Below are positions 28,557-38,346 of a stretch of DNA of 64,000 nt, in pieces. Origin of the DNA: Selenomonas ruminantium (GTDB lineage Bacteria > Bacillota > Negativicutes > Selenomonadales > Selenomonadaceae); contig DFHU01000022.1 in assembly GCA_002373045.1 (NCBI GenBank), positions 8,077 through 72,076 on the forward strand, in the 5' to 3' direction. Position 1 is the first letter of the stretch; the number at the start of each line of letters is the position of its first letter. The notes beneath the pieces are model-generated. The model saw only the letters and a list, made by a program, of their open reading frames with translations, made no database searches and was not told where the DNA came from. The translations under genes and the position numbers were made by a program.

Positions 28557-30368
28557 ATGAAAGAAGAGAAGAAAGGCGGGCGGCAGGGGAAGCCGGCAAG
28601 TGAATACTGGCAGGAAAGAGCCATAGAGCGTGAAGCCTTATGGAATAAAAAATGCCGGGCTACGATTGAGGCTGAACTAGCTGAACAATATACAAAAGCT
28701 CTTACTGCTATCCAAGAAGACATCACCGCTTTATATGGCATGTTTGCCAAAGATAACAAGCTGGAACTGCATGAGGCTATAGCCTTGCTGAAAGGCGAAG
28801 AATACAAGCAATGGCGGATGAGCCTGGAAGCCTATGCAAAACTATCTGAGACTGATAACGCCATATTGAGGGAACTGAACACGCTGGCCATGAGGTCACG
28901 TGTCAGCCGCCTTGAGAAGCTCCATAGTGAGACTTTGCAGGAGCTGTACAAGTTGGGCGTCGCCACAGAGGAGCGTATGAACAGGTTTTTGGAAGGTGCC
29001 TTCGAGGATAACTATTACAGGAGCCTGTTTGAGATAGGGCGCACCGCTGGCTTGTACAGTACGATTTCGGCGGTAGATGATAAACTGCTGGAAAAGGTGC
29101 TGAAAAATCCATGGAGTGGAAAGGCTTATTCGGCGAGGATATGGGCCAATCAGGAGAAGCTGGCCCAAACGCTGAAAGATACGGTGTTTGCCGGCATCCA
29201 TAGGGGCGTGTCTGTACCGAAACTGTCAAGACTGGTCAAAGAGCGCATGGAAGTAGGCAGGTATGAAGCTACAAGGCTGGTTCGTACTGAATTGAACTAT
29301 GTTCACAACCAAGCGAATTTGGAAAGCATCAAGGACAGCGGCATGATGTTTTATAAGTTCGTGGCAACGCTGGACAGCCGGACAAGTCAGAAATGCAGGG
29401 CGCATGATGGAAGTATCGTTCCCGTGGAAGAAGCAAGTCCCGGTGATAATCTACCGCCATTACATCCACACTGCCGGAGTACCATCATAGGCAGCTTAGG
29501 CGAGGGGAAAGGCGGGCAGAAAGGAACAAGGATAGCCCGGGACAGCGAAGGTCACAGCTTTCACGTTCCCCGGCAGATGAAGTACAGTGATTACAAAGCT
29601 GTTTACATTGACCAGTCAAAAACTATTGACCAGTGGGCGGCAGAAACAGGTTTTACTGTGGCCGTAGCGAAGTATACACCTAAAATATCTAGTCAGGACA
29701 GCGGGAAAAGTGGTATAATTGGGACAAAGGATGGTGCAAGTTCCGTGTTGGAGGCTATACACAGAGAACAGGCTGTTGTTAAAGACAATGGCCAACGTAA
29801 CAATTACACTGTAAAATTTGACCTTGTAAACAGCAAAGTTTATCATGATAAATTTGAAGGACTAACTGGACGCAAAGTCGTAGACGAGGCTATTTACAAA
29901 CAGGCAGCAGCAATGCTGGAACATAGGAGTGGTAGTCCCTACGAGGATATAGCTATGCTGGACGCTCGTACGGGCGAAATATTAGCAGAGAATGCCACGG
30001 CAAGCGGAGATATGAAATTTAGGTCTGGCTTAACTGAAAAACAATCAAAAAGTTTGCATGATAAAGGCAAAAAATTCGAGATAATCCACAACCACCCGAA
30101 TAGTTCGATTCCTTCATCAAATGATATCCGATGGTTATATAAGCGTGAGCTGGCTATGGCCTCAACGATTGTTGGCCACGATGGTATTGTTTATAGAATG
30201 GAGAAATTGAAACCGTATGCCGAAATAGACGACTTTATGGACGATTTATACAAGGGCCTTAAGGATATCCATCCTAACTGGGATAAAGAACAGTTGGAAT
30301 ATCGACTGGCAATGCAAGCCATAGAGTTGTTGGAAAAAGCTAAATTAATGAGATATAAGAAGAGGTGA
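28557..30368 (+). CDS. MuF minor head protein with C-terminal JAB/MPN-like extension
   Basis: RLVRTE, ATLDSRTS..C, PPLHPHCRST; extension with IHNHPNSSIPSSNDI. Confidence 0.85.
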   Translation: MKEEKKGGRQGKPASEYWQERAIEREALWNKKCRATIEAELAEQYTKALTAIQEDITALYGMFAKDNKLELHEAIALLKGEEYKQWRMSLEAYAKLSETDNAILRELNTLAMRSRVSRLEKLHSETLQELYKLGVATEERMNRFLEGAFEDNYYRSLFEIGRTAGLYSTISAVDDKLLEKVLKNPWSGKAYSARIWANQEKLAQTLKDTVFAGIHRGVSVPKLSRLVKERMEVGRYEATRLVRTELNYVHNQANLESIKDSGMMFYKFVATLDSRTSQKCRAHDGSIVPVEEASPGDNLPPLHPHCRSTIIGSLGEGKGGQKGTRIARDSEGHSFHVPRQMKYSDYKAVYIDQSKTIDQWAAETGFTVAVAKYTPKISSQDSGKSGIIGTKDGASSVLEAIHREQAVVKDNGQRNNYTVKFDLVNSKVYHDKFEGLTGRKVVDEAIYKQAAAMLEHRSGSPYEDIAMLDARTGEILAENATASGDMKFRSGLTEKQSKSLHDKGKKFEIIHNHPNSSIPSSNDIRWLYKRELAMASTIVGHDGIVYRMEKLKPYAEIDDFMDDLYKGLKDIHPNWDKEQLEYRLAMQAIELLEKAKLMRYKKR

Positions 30369-30562
30369 TTGCCATGGTAAAGGAATGTGCTATAACCGCT
30401 ATTTATGCAGATGATACCATTGCTATGCGGCAGCATCCAAAACTAACCAAGGAGGAAAAACGCAAAGAGTCTGCCATGGCAGTTAGGGTAGCAGCAAAGC
30501 ATTTTGGCTGTAAATGGCGTTCTGCAAGCAACGGAACCCTATATACAAAAAAGCGAAAATAA
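30365..30562 (+). CDS. Small protein coupled to MuF (possible immunity)
   Basis: GTGA overlap with MuF stop. Confidence 0.45.
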   Translation: MIAMVKECAITAIYADDTIAMRQHPKLTKEEKRKESAMAVRVAAKHFGCKWRSASNGTLYTKKRK

Positions 30563-30665
30563 ATTATGGCGGATGATTAAGGAGGATGCTCATGACCGTA
30601 ACTGTCCTTAGAACGAGTTGATAGCCGAACCTCCTGCAGGAATAAAGTTTAACTGAGGTGACACC

Positions 30666-31034
30666 ATGAAGCGCGATATGGATTTAATTCGTAATATGCT
30701 ATTGCATATTGAAGCGTGTTCAGACGTACCGCCAAAGGTGCTTTGCGTGGAAGATTTTCTAAGGTATTGTAGTGACAGGTATATCATTTCTTTGCACATC
30801 GAACTTATTCGCGATGCTGGTCTTATAGAGGTTATCAGTACATCGTGGATGGGCGATGTAAAGGATTTTGATATATCTCGATTAACATTTGTCGGCTACG
30901 AATATCTCGACGCTATACGCAATAAAGATATTTGGCATACGGTACAAGAAAAAATAAACGCCATTGGCGGTGCTACGTTTGATGTAATAAAGGCTTTGGC
31001 CATTAAGGAACTATCAAAAGAATTAGGTTTATAA
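30666..31034 (+). CDS. DUF2513-family protein
   Basis: MKRDMDLIRNMLL..RLTFVGYEYLDAIR. Confidence 0.85.
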   Translation: MKRDMDLIRNMLLHIEACSDVPPKVLCVEDFLRYCSDRYIISLHIELIRDAGLIEVISTSWMGDVKDFDISRLTFVGYEYLDAIRNKDIWHTVQEKINAIGGATFDVIKALAIKELSKELGL

Positions 31035-31099
31035 AGTGAAGCACTTTGCAGATGCAGGGTGCTTTTCTTATGCCCATTTTTAGGAAAGGAGGTGCGGTG

Positions 31100-31465
31100 A
31101 TGGCTGATTTGACACCACAGGAGGCAGCAGAACGGATTATCACCACAGCTAAAACGCTGCTGGGTGATGTCGGCACCGAAAAAGATGCTATTTATCAGAT
31201 TTACGCTGATAAGCTGGTTCTGGATGTGCTGGATTACTGCAATAGGGAGGATTTCCCACCTGCGCTGGTTTATACCTGCGCGGACCTGCTTTTCAAAAGG
31301 GAACAGGACAGCACCAGCGACACGCAGGGGCTGAAAAAAGTGAAGATGGACGATACAGAGTTTGAGTTTGCCACCGCCACAGCCTCACCTGGTACGGCGG
31401 CGGACGCTGACTTTGCCACCATCCGCAACAAGCTCAACCTTTACAGAAAGCTGAGGTGGAACTGA
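31100..31465 (+). CDS. Head-tail connector
   Basis: LDYCNREDFP..KMDDTEFEF..LNLYRKL. Confidence 0.8.
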   Translation: MADLTPQEAAERIITTAKTLLGDVGTEKDAIYQIYADKLVLDVLDYCNREDFPPALVYTCADLLFKREQDSTSDTQGLKKVKMDDTEFEFATATASPGTAADADFATIRNKLNLYRKLRWN

Positions 31466-31854
31466 TGCCGAATTATGCAAGGCTTCAAGGGATTCTGCAT
31501 AACTTGATGTATAAGGACACGGCCAACATTTACAGGCTCACACATGTGCAGGCCGATGATGGCTCTGATGATTACGATGAAGGGGAAACACCTGTCTATG
31601 AGGCGATTCCCTGCAAACTATCCCAGTATAACAAAGATTTAACTCAGGATAAAACAGATAGGGGCGTGAACCTCATTTCTGACCTGCGGCTTTGTTGCTC
31701 ACCTGAATATCAGATTCGGGAAAATGACATCGTAGAAATCACCCACAATGGCCAGCATTTTCGTATGAATGCCGGGAAAAGATTTGTGTACCCTACACAT
31801 CAAGAAATACCTGTCAAGCAGGTAAAGGAGGCAGGCAATGGGTTTGACGATTAA
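31456..31854 (+). CDS. Head closure protein
   Basis: YEAIPCKLS..YPTHQEI; position. Confidence 0.75.
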   Translation: MELMPNYARLQGILHNLMYKDTANIYRLTHVQADDGSDDYDEGETPVYEAIPCKLSQYNKDLTQDKTDRGVNLISDLRLCCSPEYQIRENDIVEITHNGQHFRMNAGKRFVYPTHQEIPVKQVKEAGNGFDD

Positions 31855-32215
31855 CGGCCTTGATGATTTACAGGAAAAGCTGGAGAGCATGGCAAAAAAA
31901 GCGCCTGCTGCCGGAGCTAAATTTCTTGCCCAAGAGGGCGAACTGCTCCGGGGGCGGGCGGCAAATAATACGCCGGTTGATACTGGCAATTTGCGTAACA
32001 GCTGGAAGACACGCATGATTAACCCCCAGCGTGTGGAAGTGTCGAACAATGCCGAATATGCCGCCCATGTTGAATATGGCCATCGCGTGAAGGTTCATGG
32101 CAAATGGACCGGCAAGGTGGTAAAAGGGAAAAAGATGCTCCACAAAGCCTTTGATGAAACGAAGGATAATTTCCTTGAGGATGGTGTGGCTATACTGGGG
32201 GCGATAATAAAGTGA
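31838..32215 (+). CDS. HK97 gp10-family protein
   Basis: TPVDTGNLRNSW..EYAAHVEYGHR. Confidence 0.9.
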   Translation: MGLTINGLDDLQEKLESMAKKAPAAGAKFLAQEGELLRGRAANNTPVDTGNLRNSWKTRMINPQRVEVSNNAEYAAHVEYGHRVKVHGKWTGKVVKGKKMLHKAFDETKDNFLEDGVAILGAIIK

Positions 32216-32667
32216 TCAAAGCAAAGGATATAAGGGCAGCCATAACTTCGCTCTTAAAGAAGAACTTCCCTCTCTATGAGGTTCATTTCGACAACGTAGA
32301 GAGGGCTTGCAAGAGTTACTTCTATGTAGAGCTGGCACCCAGACGGAAAACGATTGACCCTGTATATTATGACAGGTCAATCAGCATCGACATCCAGCTG
32401 GTTATCCTGCCGGATAACAGGGGGAGAGTGAAACGTTCTCTCCTGTATGATGCCATCGACACATTGGATGAAGTGATTAGGCCCGTACTCCAGATAGGTG
32501 ACAGGTACATCACCATCCTAAGCAACAATAGCGTTATAGTTGACGAGATTCTGCATTATGAGTTTTCACTTGATTTCACAGACTTCTTGCCTGTGGAACG
32601 TGGCGAACTTATGCAGGAACTTTATATCAATGGTTATTTTCAAGACCTGGATTATGAGGAGGTTTAA
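32212..32667 (+). CDS. Tail terminator-like protein
   Basis: Position before sheath; ILHYEFSLDF..LMQEL. Confidence 0.7.
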   Translation: MIKAKDIRAAITSLLKKNFPLYEVHFDNVERACKSYFYVELAPRRKTIDPVYYDRSISIDIQLVILPDNRGRVKRSLLYDAIDTLDEVIRPVLQIGDRYITILSNNSVIVDEILHYEFSLDFTDFLPVERGELMQELYINGYFQDLDYEEV

Positions 32668-32670
32668 TAA

Positions 32671-33867
32671 ATGTCTGATTTTGGATTGCCACAGGTCATT
32701 ATTGACTTTAAGACTAAATCCGTGAGCGCTGTACAGCGTAGCGCCCGTGGTATCGTGACTATGCTTTTGAAGAACGAAAGCACGAACACAAGCAAGTTTT
32801 ACAAGATTGTTGATTCCACCGACATCCCCGATGGATTGACGGATGCGAATATCGACCGTGTGAAAAAGTGCTTGCTGGGCACGCCTGCCAAGATTCTGCT
32901 CTATACGCTGCCTCTGGACAGTGTAACTCCGGCAGAAGTCGAGGAAGGAGAGGAGCCGGAAGTTATCATCCGGCAGGACGCTGTCCTGAAAAAACTTTAC
33001 AACATCAAGTGGAACTACATCTGCCATCCTACTGCTACCGCGCAGGAAATGGAAGATTTAGCCACGTGGGTAAAGACAAAGCGGAATAACAATCGCAAGA
33101 CTTTCAAGGCTGTTGTCTCTCATCAGCCGGCCGATGATAAAGGTGTTGTCAACCTTACCACCGACCATATCCGTGTAGTCAACCCGGATTACACAGACGC
33201 GCTCAACAGGGCAGGCGGTGACGCTGCGCAGGTGCCTGCTACGATTCCGAAGTATATCACCTATACTGCAGCCGAATATACCGCCCGTATTGCCGGGATA
33301 TTGGCAGGATTGGCACTTGACCGTTCCGCTACTTATTACGAACTGCCTGAAGTGGTGGACTGTGATGTATATGAGGACATTGACACCAATATCAGCAATG
33401 GCGAGCTCTGCCTGTTTGATGAGCTTGACGGCAACGGCGTAAAGATTGCTCGTGCCTGCAATTCGCTTCATACCTTCACTACCGATGTAGGCGAAGATTT
33501 CCGCTATATCAAGATTGTGGAGGCCGTCGATATGATTACCGACGATATCCGTGATACTTTCAAAGACCAGTATGTGGGCAAAATCATCAACGATTACAAT
33601 CACAAGATGCTCTTTATCGGTGCTATCCTGGTATATTTCCGTGGGCTCAAGGGCAATGTGCTCGATGCAAGCCCCACGGCTGTTAATACCGTGGATATCG
33701 ACGAGGCCGCCCAGGCCGACTATATCAAGCTGAAAGGCCTTGATGACCCAGCTGATTTGACGGTACAGCAGATTCGCGAATATAACACCGGTACCAAGGT
33801 AATGCTCTCCGGGCGCGTTACTCCTGTAAACGCTATGGAAGATTTGAAGATTACTTTCTTGATGTAA
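32671..33867 (+). CDS. Tail sheath protein (XkdK-like)
   Basis: GLPQVIIDFK, ARIAGILAG..SATY, KIARACNSL, IKIVEAVD. Confidence 0.9.
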   Translation: MSDFGLPQVIIDFKTKSVSAVQRSARGIVTMLLKNESTNTSKFYKIVDSTDIPDGLTDANIDRVKKCLLGTPAKILLYTLPLDSVTPAEVEEGEEPEVIIRQDAVLKKLYNIKWNYICHPTATAQEMEDLATWVKTKRNNNRKTFKAVVSHQPADDKGVVNLTTDHIRVVNPDYTDALNRAGGDAAQVPATIPKYITYTAAEYTARIAGILAGLALDRSATYYELPEVVDCDVYEDIDTNISNGELCLFDELDGNGVKIARACNSLHTFTTDVGEDFRYIKIVEAVDMITDDIRDTFKDQYVGKIINDYNHKMLFIGAILVYFRGLKGNVLDASPTAVNTVDIDEAAQADYIKLKGLDDPADLTVQQIREYNTGTKVMLSGRVTPVNAMEDLKITFLM

Positions 33868-33885
33868 GAGAGGGAGGTAGAAGTT

Positions 33886-34419
33886 ATGCCTGAAAATAAA
33901 ATCGTCACGCCGCAGATTGTGATTCCGAAACCAATGGATTTTAAAATGGATTTACAGCTTTTTGCCCGTGACCCGGAAGATGTAAAATACCGTGGCCGTA
34001 GACGTTGGAACGGTTCACATGGGCGCGTTTGGTAGGATGGCCTGCTGCCGTTTGAAATCAGCAAGTTTAACGGGAAAGTCGTTGCTGACCGTGAAGATGT
34101 GCTGATTGGTAACTCCAAGGATTCCAAGATTGTTTCCTTAACGGGTGAAGGGTCCTTCACCATCAAGAGCGTTATCAACCGCAACATCAACAAGTATCTG
34201 GAGGAATGGAAGAATGGTCATGACCCCAGAGCTAATCTTGTAGGGCTTATCGATGACCCAGACGCTGTGGATGAGCAGAAAGAACGCTGCTCCATTGACA
34301 ATGTTTGGTTCAATGAACTCACGCTTATGAACTTTGAAAAGGGGCAGGTTGTCGAGAAAGAATTCCCGTTTGGCTTTACGCCGGAGGATGCTTCCTTTAT
34401 CGAAATTGTAGATGAATAA
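33886..34419 (+). pseudogene. Tail tube (XkdM-like) with in-frame TAG at codon 50
   Basis: GGAGG-ATG 33886; ..NGSHGRVW*DG.. (TAG 34033-34035) continues in frame to EFPFGFTP. Confidence 0.85.
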
Positions 34420-34472
34420 TATTGTGTAATGAGGGGCAGGGAAACCTGCTCCTTTTGATTGGAGGAATTATA

Positions 34473-34832
34473 ATGGCTGTTTCTATTAAAGAACTTATTG
34501 AAAATAAAGAGGCTATTGAGGCTGCCAAGAAAGCCAAGTATGACCTTGAAACCAGCGTGGGCACGCTGACTGTAAAACTGCCGAGCCGTGCGCTGGTGCT
34601 TGAAGCACTCTCTTTGGATGATTCGGATTCTTATATCATCGTCAATAGCGTGGTGGCTCCTGATTTGAAGGACAGCAACCTGCTGAAAACTTTCGAATGT
34701 CTGGAACCTACCGACCTGCCGGAGAAACTTTTCCAGCCGGGCGAAGTGGCTGCGCTTTCTGTCAAGATTATGCAGCTGGCAGGCTACCGCAAGGAAATCC
34801 ATGCTGAAATCCACGAAACGGCAAAAAACTAA
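34473..34832 (+). CDS. Tail assembly chaperone (XkdN-like)
   Basis: PDLKD..L..PGEV..IMQLAGY..AKN*. Confidence 0.85.
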   Translation: MAVSIKELIENKEAIEAAKKAKYDLETSVGTLTVKLPSRALVLEALSLDDSDSYIIVNSVVAPDLKDSNLLKTFECLEPTDLPEKLFQPGEVAALSVKIMQLAGYRKEIHAEIHETAKN

Positions 34833-35023
34833 TCAAGGAGAACTGGGAGGCGGAAACTGCCGCCTTCCTGCTTCTCAGAGGTCATAAACTTGATTACTTC
34901 TTTTCTCTCTCGGAGGCAGAAAAGATTTTTTGCTATACGGCGATGGTGGAACATAACAAGCGCAAAAATGAAGAATTCAAGGCGCTGGCTCAGATTGTAG
35001 CAGGAGGGCGGTTAAGGCTATGA
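34823..35023 (+). other. -1 programmed frameshift and chaperone extension
   Basis: A AAA AAC slippery heptamer 34823-34829; -1 frame open for 64 codons to TGA overlapping tape-measure ATG. Confidence 0.85.
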
Positions 35024-38000
35024 GCGATAATAATGCACAAATGACATTATCGGCGGTGCTTGAACTGAAAGACCGCCTGACAGCGAAAATCAAGTCGGTG
35101 AATAAATCCCTTGATGGCGTAAAGCAGACCACCGGAAGGGTGGACATGGGGCTGAACGCCGTCAAGAAAGATATGGGCGGCGTTGGCCAGTCGGCAGCGT
35201 CTATGGCAAAAGACCTTGACAAAACCAAGCAGGCGCTCAATGGAGTAAAAGGTTCTTACATGGCCACGGTGGGGCTGAAAGATAACGCTACCACAAAGGC
35301 CAAGGGCATAGAAACAACCCTCAAAGGGATAGGCGGTAAAGTCTATACGGCTACGGTCAACATCCGGCAGAATGGTGCCGAAAAGCTGGCAGGGCTGAAA
35401 AATTCTATGTCCAACATGGCCAGTGGCATGATGATGGGCCTGCCCTTGCAGGTGGCTGGCATGGCCGGTTTAGGCTATGGCGTGATGGACACCATCAACA
35501 CCTACAAGAATTTTGAAAAGCAGATGGCCACAGTAAAGGCTATTGCTACCAGCGGCATGGGCGTAAATGAAGCCAATGCTGCCATGGAGCGCATGACCGC
35601 CAAGGCTAGAGAAATGGGTGCTGTGACTCAGTTCTCTGCTGAGCAGGTCGGCAAGGCGTTCGAATACATGGCAATGGCGGGCTGGAAAGAGCAGCAGATG
35701 ATGGCAGGCATAAAGCCGGTGCTTGATTTGGCTCTTGCAGCAGGTGAGGATTTGGGCACTGTATCCGATATCGTCACCGACTCCATGACCGCCCTCAAGA
35801 TTGATACCAGGGGAGCAAATGCCAACGCCAATATTAAGGGATTCACCGACATATTGGCAGCCACGGCCACCAATTCCAATACCACAGTGGGCATGATGGG
35901 CGAGGCGTTCAAATATGCTGCGGCTCCTGCAGGGCTTTTTGCCAGCGCCTACGGCAGTGATGAAGTTGGTGTGGCCAAGGACGTGGCCCTTGCTCTGGGC
36001 TTGATGGCTGATAGCGGTATTAAGGCAAGTATGGCCGGTACTGCTCTGAGGTCAACACTCACCCGAATGACCGCTGACACAATCCCCACGGCAAACGCGA
36101 TGAAGATGCTGGGCATCAACATCATGCAGATGGGGGCTGATGGTACGCAGCAGTTGAAACCCTTGCGGGCCATCTTCGATGATTTGCGCAAGAAATTCAA
36201 GGAAGGCGTTTCTGCTGAGGAATTGGTCAATTATGCCGAGACTTTGAGCGGAACCAAGACCCGAAACAAAGAGGCAATGATTACCTTCGCCAAACAGCTT
36301 GCGGCCCAGGGCGGCAAAATGAATGACAAGGATAAAGCCAAGTTTGCCAAAATGTTTGCAGGTGAAGAAGCGCTTTCCGGCTGGTTAGCTATCATCACGG
36401 CCAGCGATGAAGATTACCAAAAGAAGATTGCCGCGATTGATAATTCTCGCGGTGCTGCAGATGAAATGTCCAAAAAGCGTGCTGATACTTTAGCAGGTGA
36501 TTTGGAGATTTTGAAATCTGCATGGCAGGATTTCCAGATTGAGCTTATGAGCGGCAAGGGCGCGAGCGGCTTGCGTGATTTTGTTCAAGGCTTATCGAAA
36601 GATGTCACCCAGTTCAAAACCTCCCTGAAAGATGGCTTTGACATTGGTGATATTGGCAGCCTTGCTCTTAATATGCTCAAACAGTTAAAGGATAAATTCC
36701 TTGAGCTGGATGGTGTTGGTTCTATCCTGGCGGGCGGCGCTCTTGTCTTTGGCTTGACGAAAATCTATGGGCTTGCCAAGAAAGCCTATGATGGCGTTAA
36801 GACACTGGCGGGCAATGTCAAAGGTGGTGGTGCCCTAACTACTGCCAAAGGCCCTGTGGCTGAAACTGTGGGCACCATGACAGTCAATGCGACCACCGTA
36901 TATGTCAATGGTAAAACTGTGGCAGGCGCAGGCGCTCCTGCTGGCGGTAATACTACTGTGGCAGGCGGCGGAGGCAGTCGAGGCGGTTCAGCTGGAGGCG
37001 GTGCCGGTGGTGGTGCTCGTGCTCGTTTGGGCGGCGCTCTTGCTGGTGCCGGTATCATGGCGGCATTTAGCGCTTTTGATATCTTCTCTACGCAGAAAGA
37101 GAACGCTGAACTGCTGGCAGAGGCGGCAGGTGGATTGAATGAGGCAGCCGATAACCTCAAAGCCTTGAAAGAGGCAGGGGCAAGCGCTGACGAAATCGCG
37201 GCAGCCGAAACCAAACTGGCTGAAATGAAGGCCTATCAGACCGATGTACAAACCCAAGCAGATATCCGTATGGATGAAAGCGTTGGCGGCGCTGTGGGCG
37301 GTGTTATCGGTGCCGGGATAGGTACTGCTTTAATGGGGCCTGTGGGCGGTGCCATTGGTGCCTTTATCGGTGAAGAAATAGGCCGCAAGGCTGGCGATGC
37401 TTTCCATAACATGGCAAGCGGTGATGCCGAGCAAGTGGCCAAATGGACACAGCCGGATAAGGCCCTTGATGATATGGATCGGGCGGCTTTGGGCGAGGAT
37501 TTGGAATATCCTATCACCATCACGGCCCCCGATTCGGAGGACATTCAAAACGCTATACAGAGTGCAGTCGATGGCGTTGGTACTGTGGATTTTACTGCTT
37601 TCGATGAGAATGCAGGCATAGGGCTGAAAGCCTTGTGGACGGATGTGGCTGCCAATGCCCAGGAGGCAGGCACTACGATTCGCGAGGATTCACAGATTAC
37701 ATCGGAAAGCGTGCTGGCCGATGCGGCAGCTACAGAAAGCTATTTCGAAAGCAGTGTATATGACCCATTACAAAGTGGAGCTCTTGAAACTGCTGACGGG
37801 ATGACGGTAGACTTCACCAATTCGGCTACTGCGACACAAGGCGCGTGGGCAGGCGTACAGAGTTTCTTCTCTGGGCTGTTTGCCAGCTTGAAAACAGAAG
37901 CGGCTGAGTGTGCCAGGAACATGGCGCAGAGCATGGCAAATGCAGCAGCCAATCTTCGAGCTAATGGCCATACCACTTTGGCGGGTGCAGCCGATTGGGT

Positions 38001-38331
38001 GGGGAATAATCTTGCATGGTTAGGCGGAACTGATTACCCGCATCATGCAAGCGGCACTAGCTGGACGGAAGGCGGCTTCACCGAAATCAATGAGCATGGC
38101 GGCGAAATCGTTGACCTGCCGACCGGCTCGCGCGTTTACCCACATGCCACCACTCAAAAACTCATTAAAGAGGAGCTGGCGGGCGGCAATGATGCGGGCG
38201 GCGATAAAGTCGCCAATATATCCATCACGGGCAACACGTTCACGGTCCGGGAGGAAGCCGACATCGATAAGATTGCCTATAAACTCTATCAGCTGATAGA
38301 GGGGGCACAGGTCAACTACAATCCGATTTAG
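35020..38331 (+). CDS. Tape measure protein (TP901 core)
   Basis: AFEYMAMAGW, DLGTVSDIVTD, TNSNTTVGMMGEAFKYAA. Confidence 0.93.
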   Translation: MSDNNAQMTLSAVLELKDRLTAKIKSVNKSLDGVKQTTGRVDMGLNAVKKDMGGVGQSAASMAKDLDKTKQALNGVKGSYMATVGLKDNATTKAKGIETTLKGIGGKVYTATVNIRQNGAEKLAGLKNSMSNMASGMMMGLPLQVAGMAGLGYGVMDTINTYKNFEKQMATVKAIATSGMGVNEANAAMERMTAKAREMGAVTQFSAEQVGKAFEYMAMAGWKEQQMMAGIKPVLDLALAAGEDLGTVSDIVTDSMTALKIDTRGANANANIKGFTDILAATATNSNTTVGMMGEAFKYAAAPAGLFASAYGSDEVGVAKDVALALGLMADSGIKASMAGTALRSTLTRMTADTIPTANAMKMLGINIMQMGADGTQQLKPLRAIFDDLRKKFKEGVSAEELVNYAETLSGTKTRNKEAMITFAKQLAAQGGKMNDKDKAKFAKMFAGEEALSGWLAIITASDEDYQKKIAAIDNSRGAADEMSKKRADTLAGDLEILKSAWQDFQIELMSGKGASGLRDFVQGLSKDVTQFKTSLKDGFDIGDIGSLALNMLKQLKDKFLELDGVGSILAGGALVFGLTKIYGLAKKAYDGVKTLAGNVKGGGALTTAKGPVAETVGTMTVNATTVYVNGKTVAGAGAPAGGNTTVAGGGGSRGGSAGGGAGGGARARLGGALAGAGIMAAFSAFDIFSTQKENAELLAEAAGGLNEAADNLKALKEAGASADEIAAAETKLAEMKAYQTDVQTQADIRMDESVGGAVGGVIGAGIGTALMGPVGGAIGAFIGEEIGRKAGDAFHNMASGDAEQVAKWTQPDKALDDMDRAALGEDLEYPITITAPDSEDIQNAIQSAVDGVGTVDFTAFDENAGIGLKALWTDVAANAQEAGTTIREDSQITSESVLADAAATESYFESSVYDPLQSGALETADGMTVDFTNSATATQGAWAGVQSFFSGLFASLKTEAAECARNMAQSMANAAANLRANGHTTLAGAADWVGNNLAWLGGTDYPHHASGTSWTEGGFTEINEHGGEIVDLPTGSRVYPHATTQKLIKEELAGGNDAGGDKVANISITGNTFTVREEADIDKIAYKLYQLIEGAQVNYNPI

Positions 38332-38346
38332 AGAGGGGCTTGAGTT

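Noticed and set aside
23341-31070. Repeated GCACTTTGCAGAT..GCAG.GTGCTTTT at ~23342 and ~31041 as a novel element
   Set aside because: Adequately explained as related intrinsic terminators; a similar one is at ~45560
34033-34035. TAG recoding (alternative genetic code or pyrrolysine) in the phage
   Set aside because: TAG is a real stop for recU, DUF3102 and tape measure, each followed by the next gene's RBS. Only one interrupted gene and no suppressor tRNA were seen.
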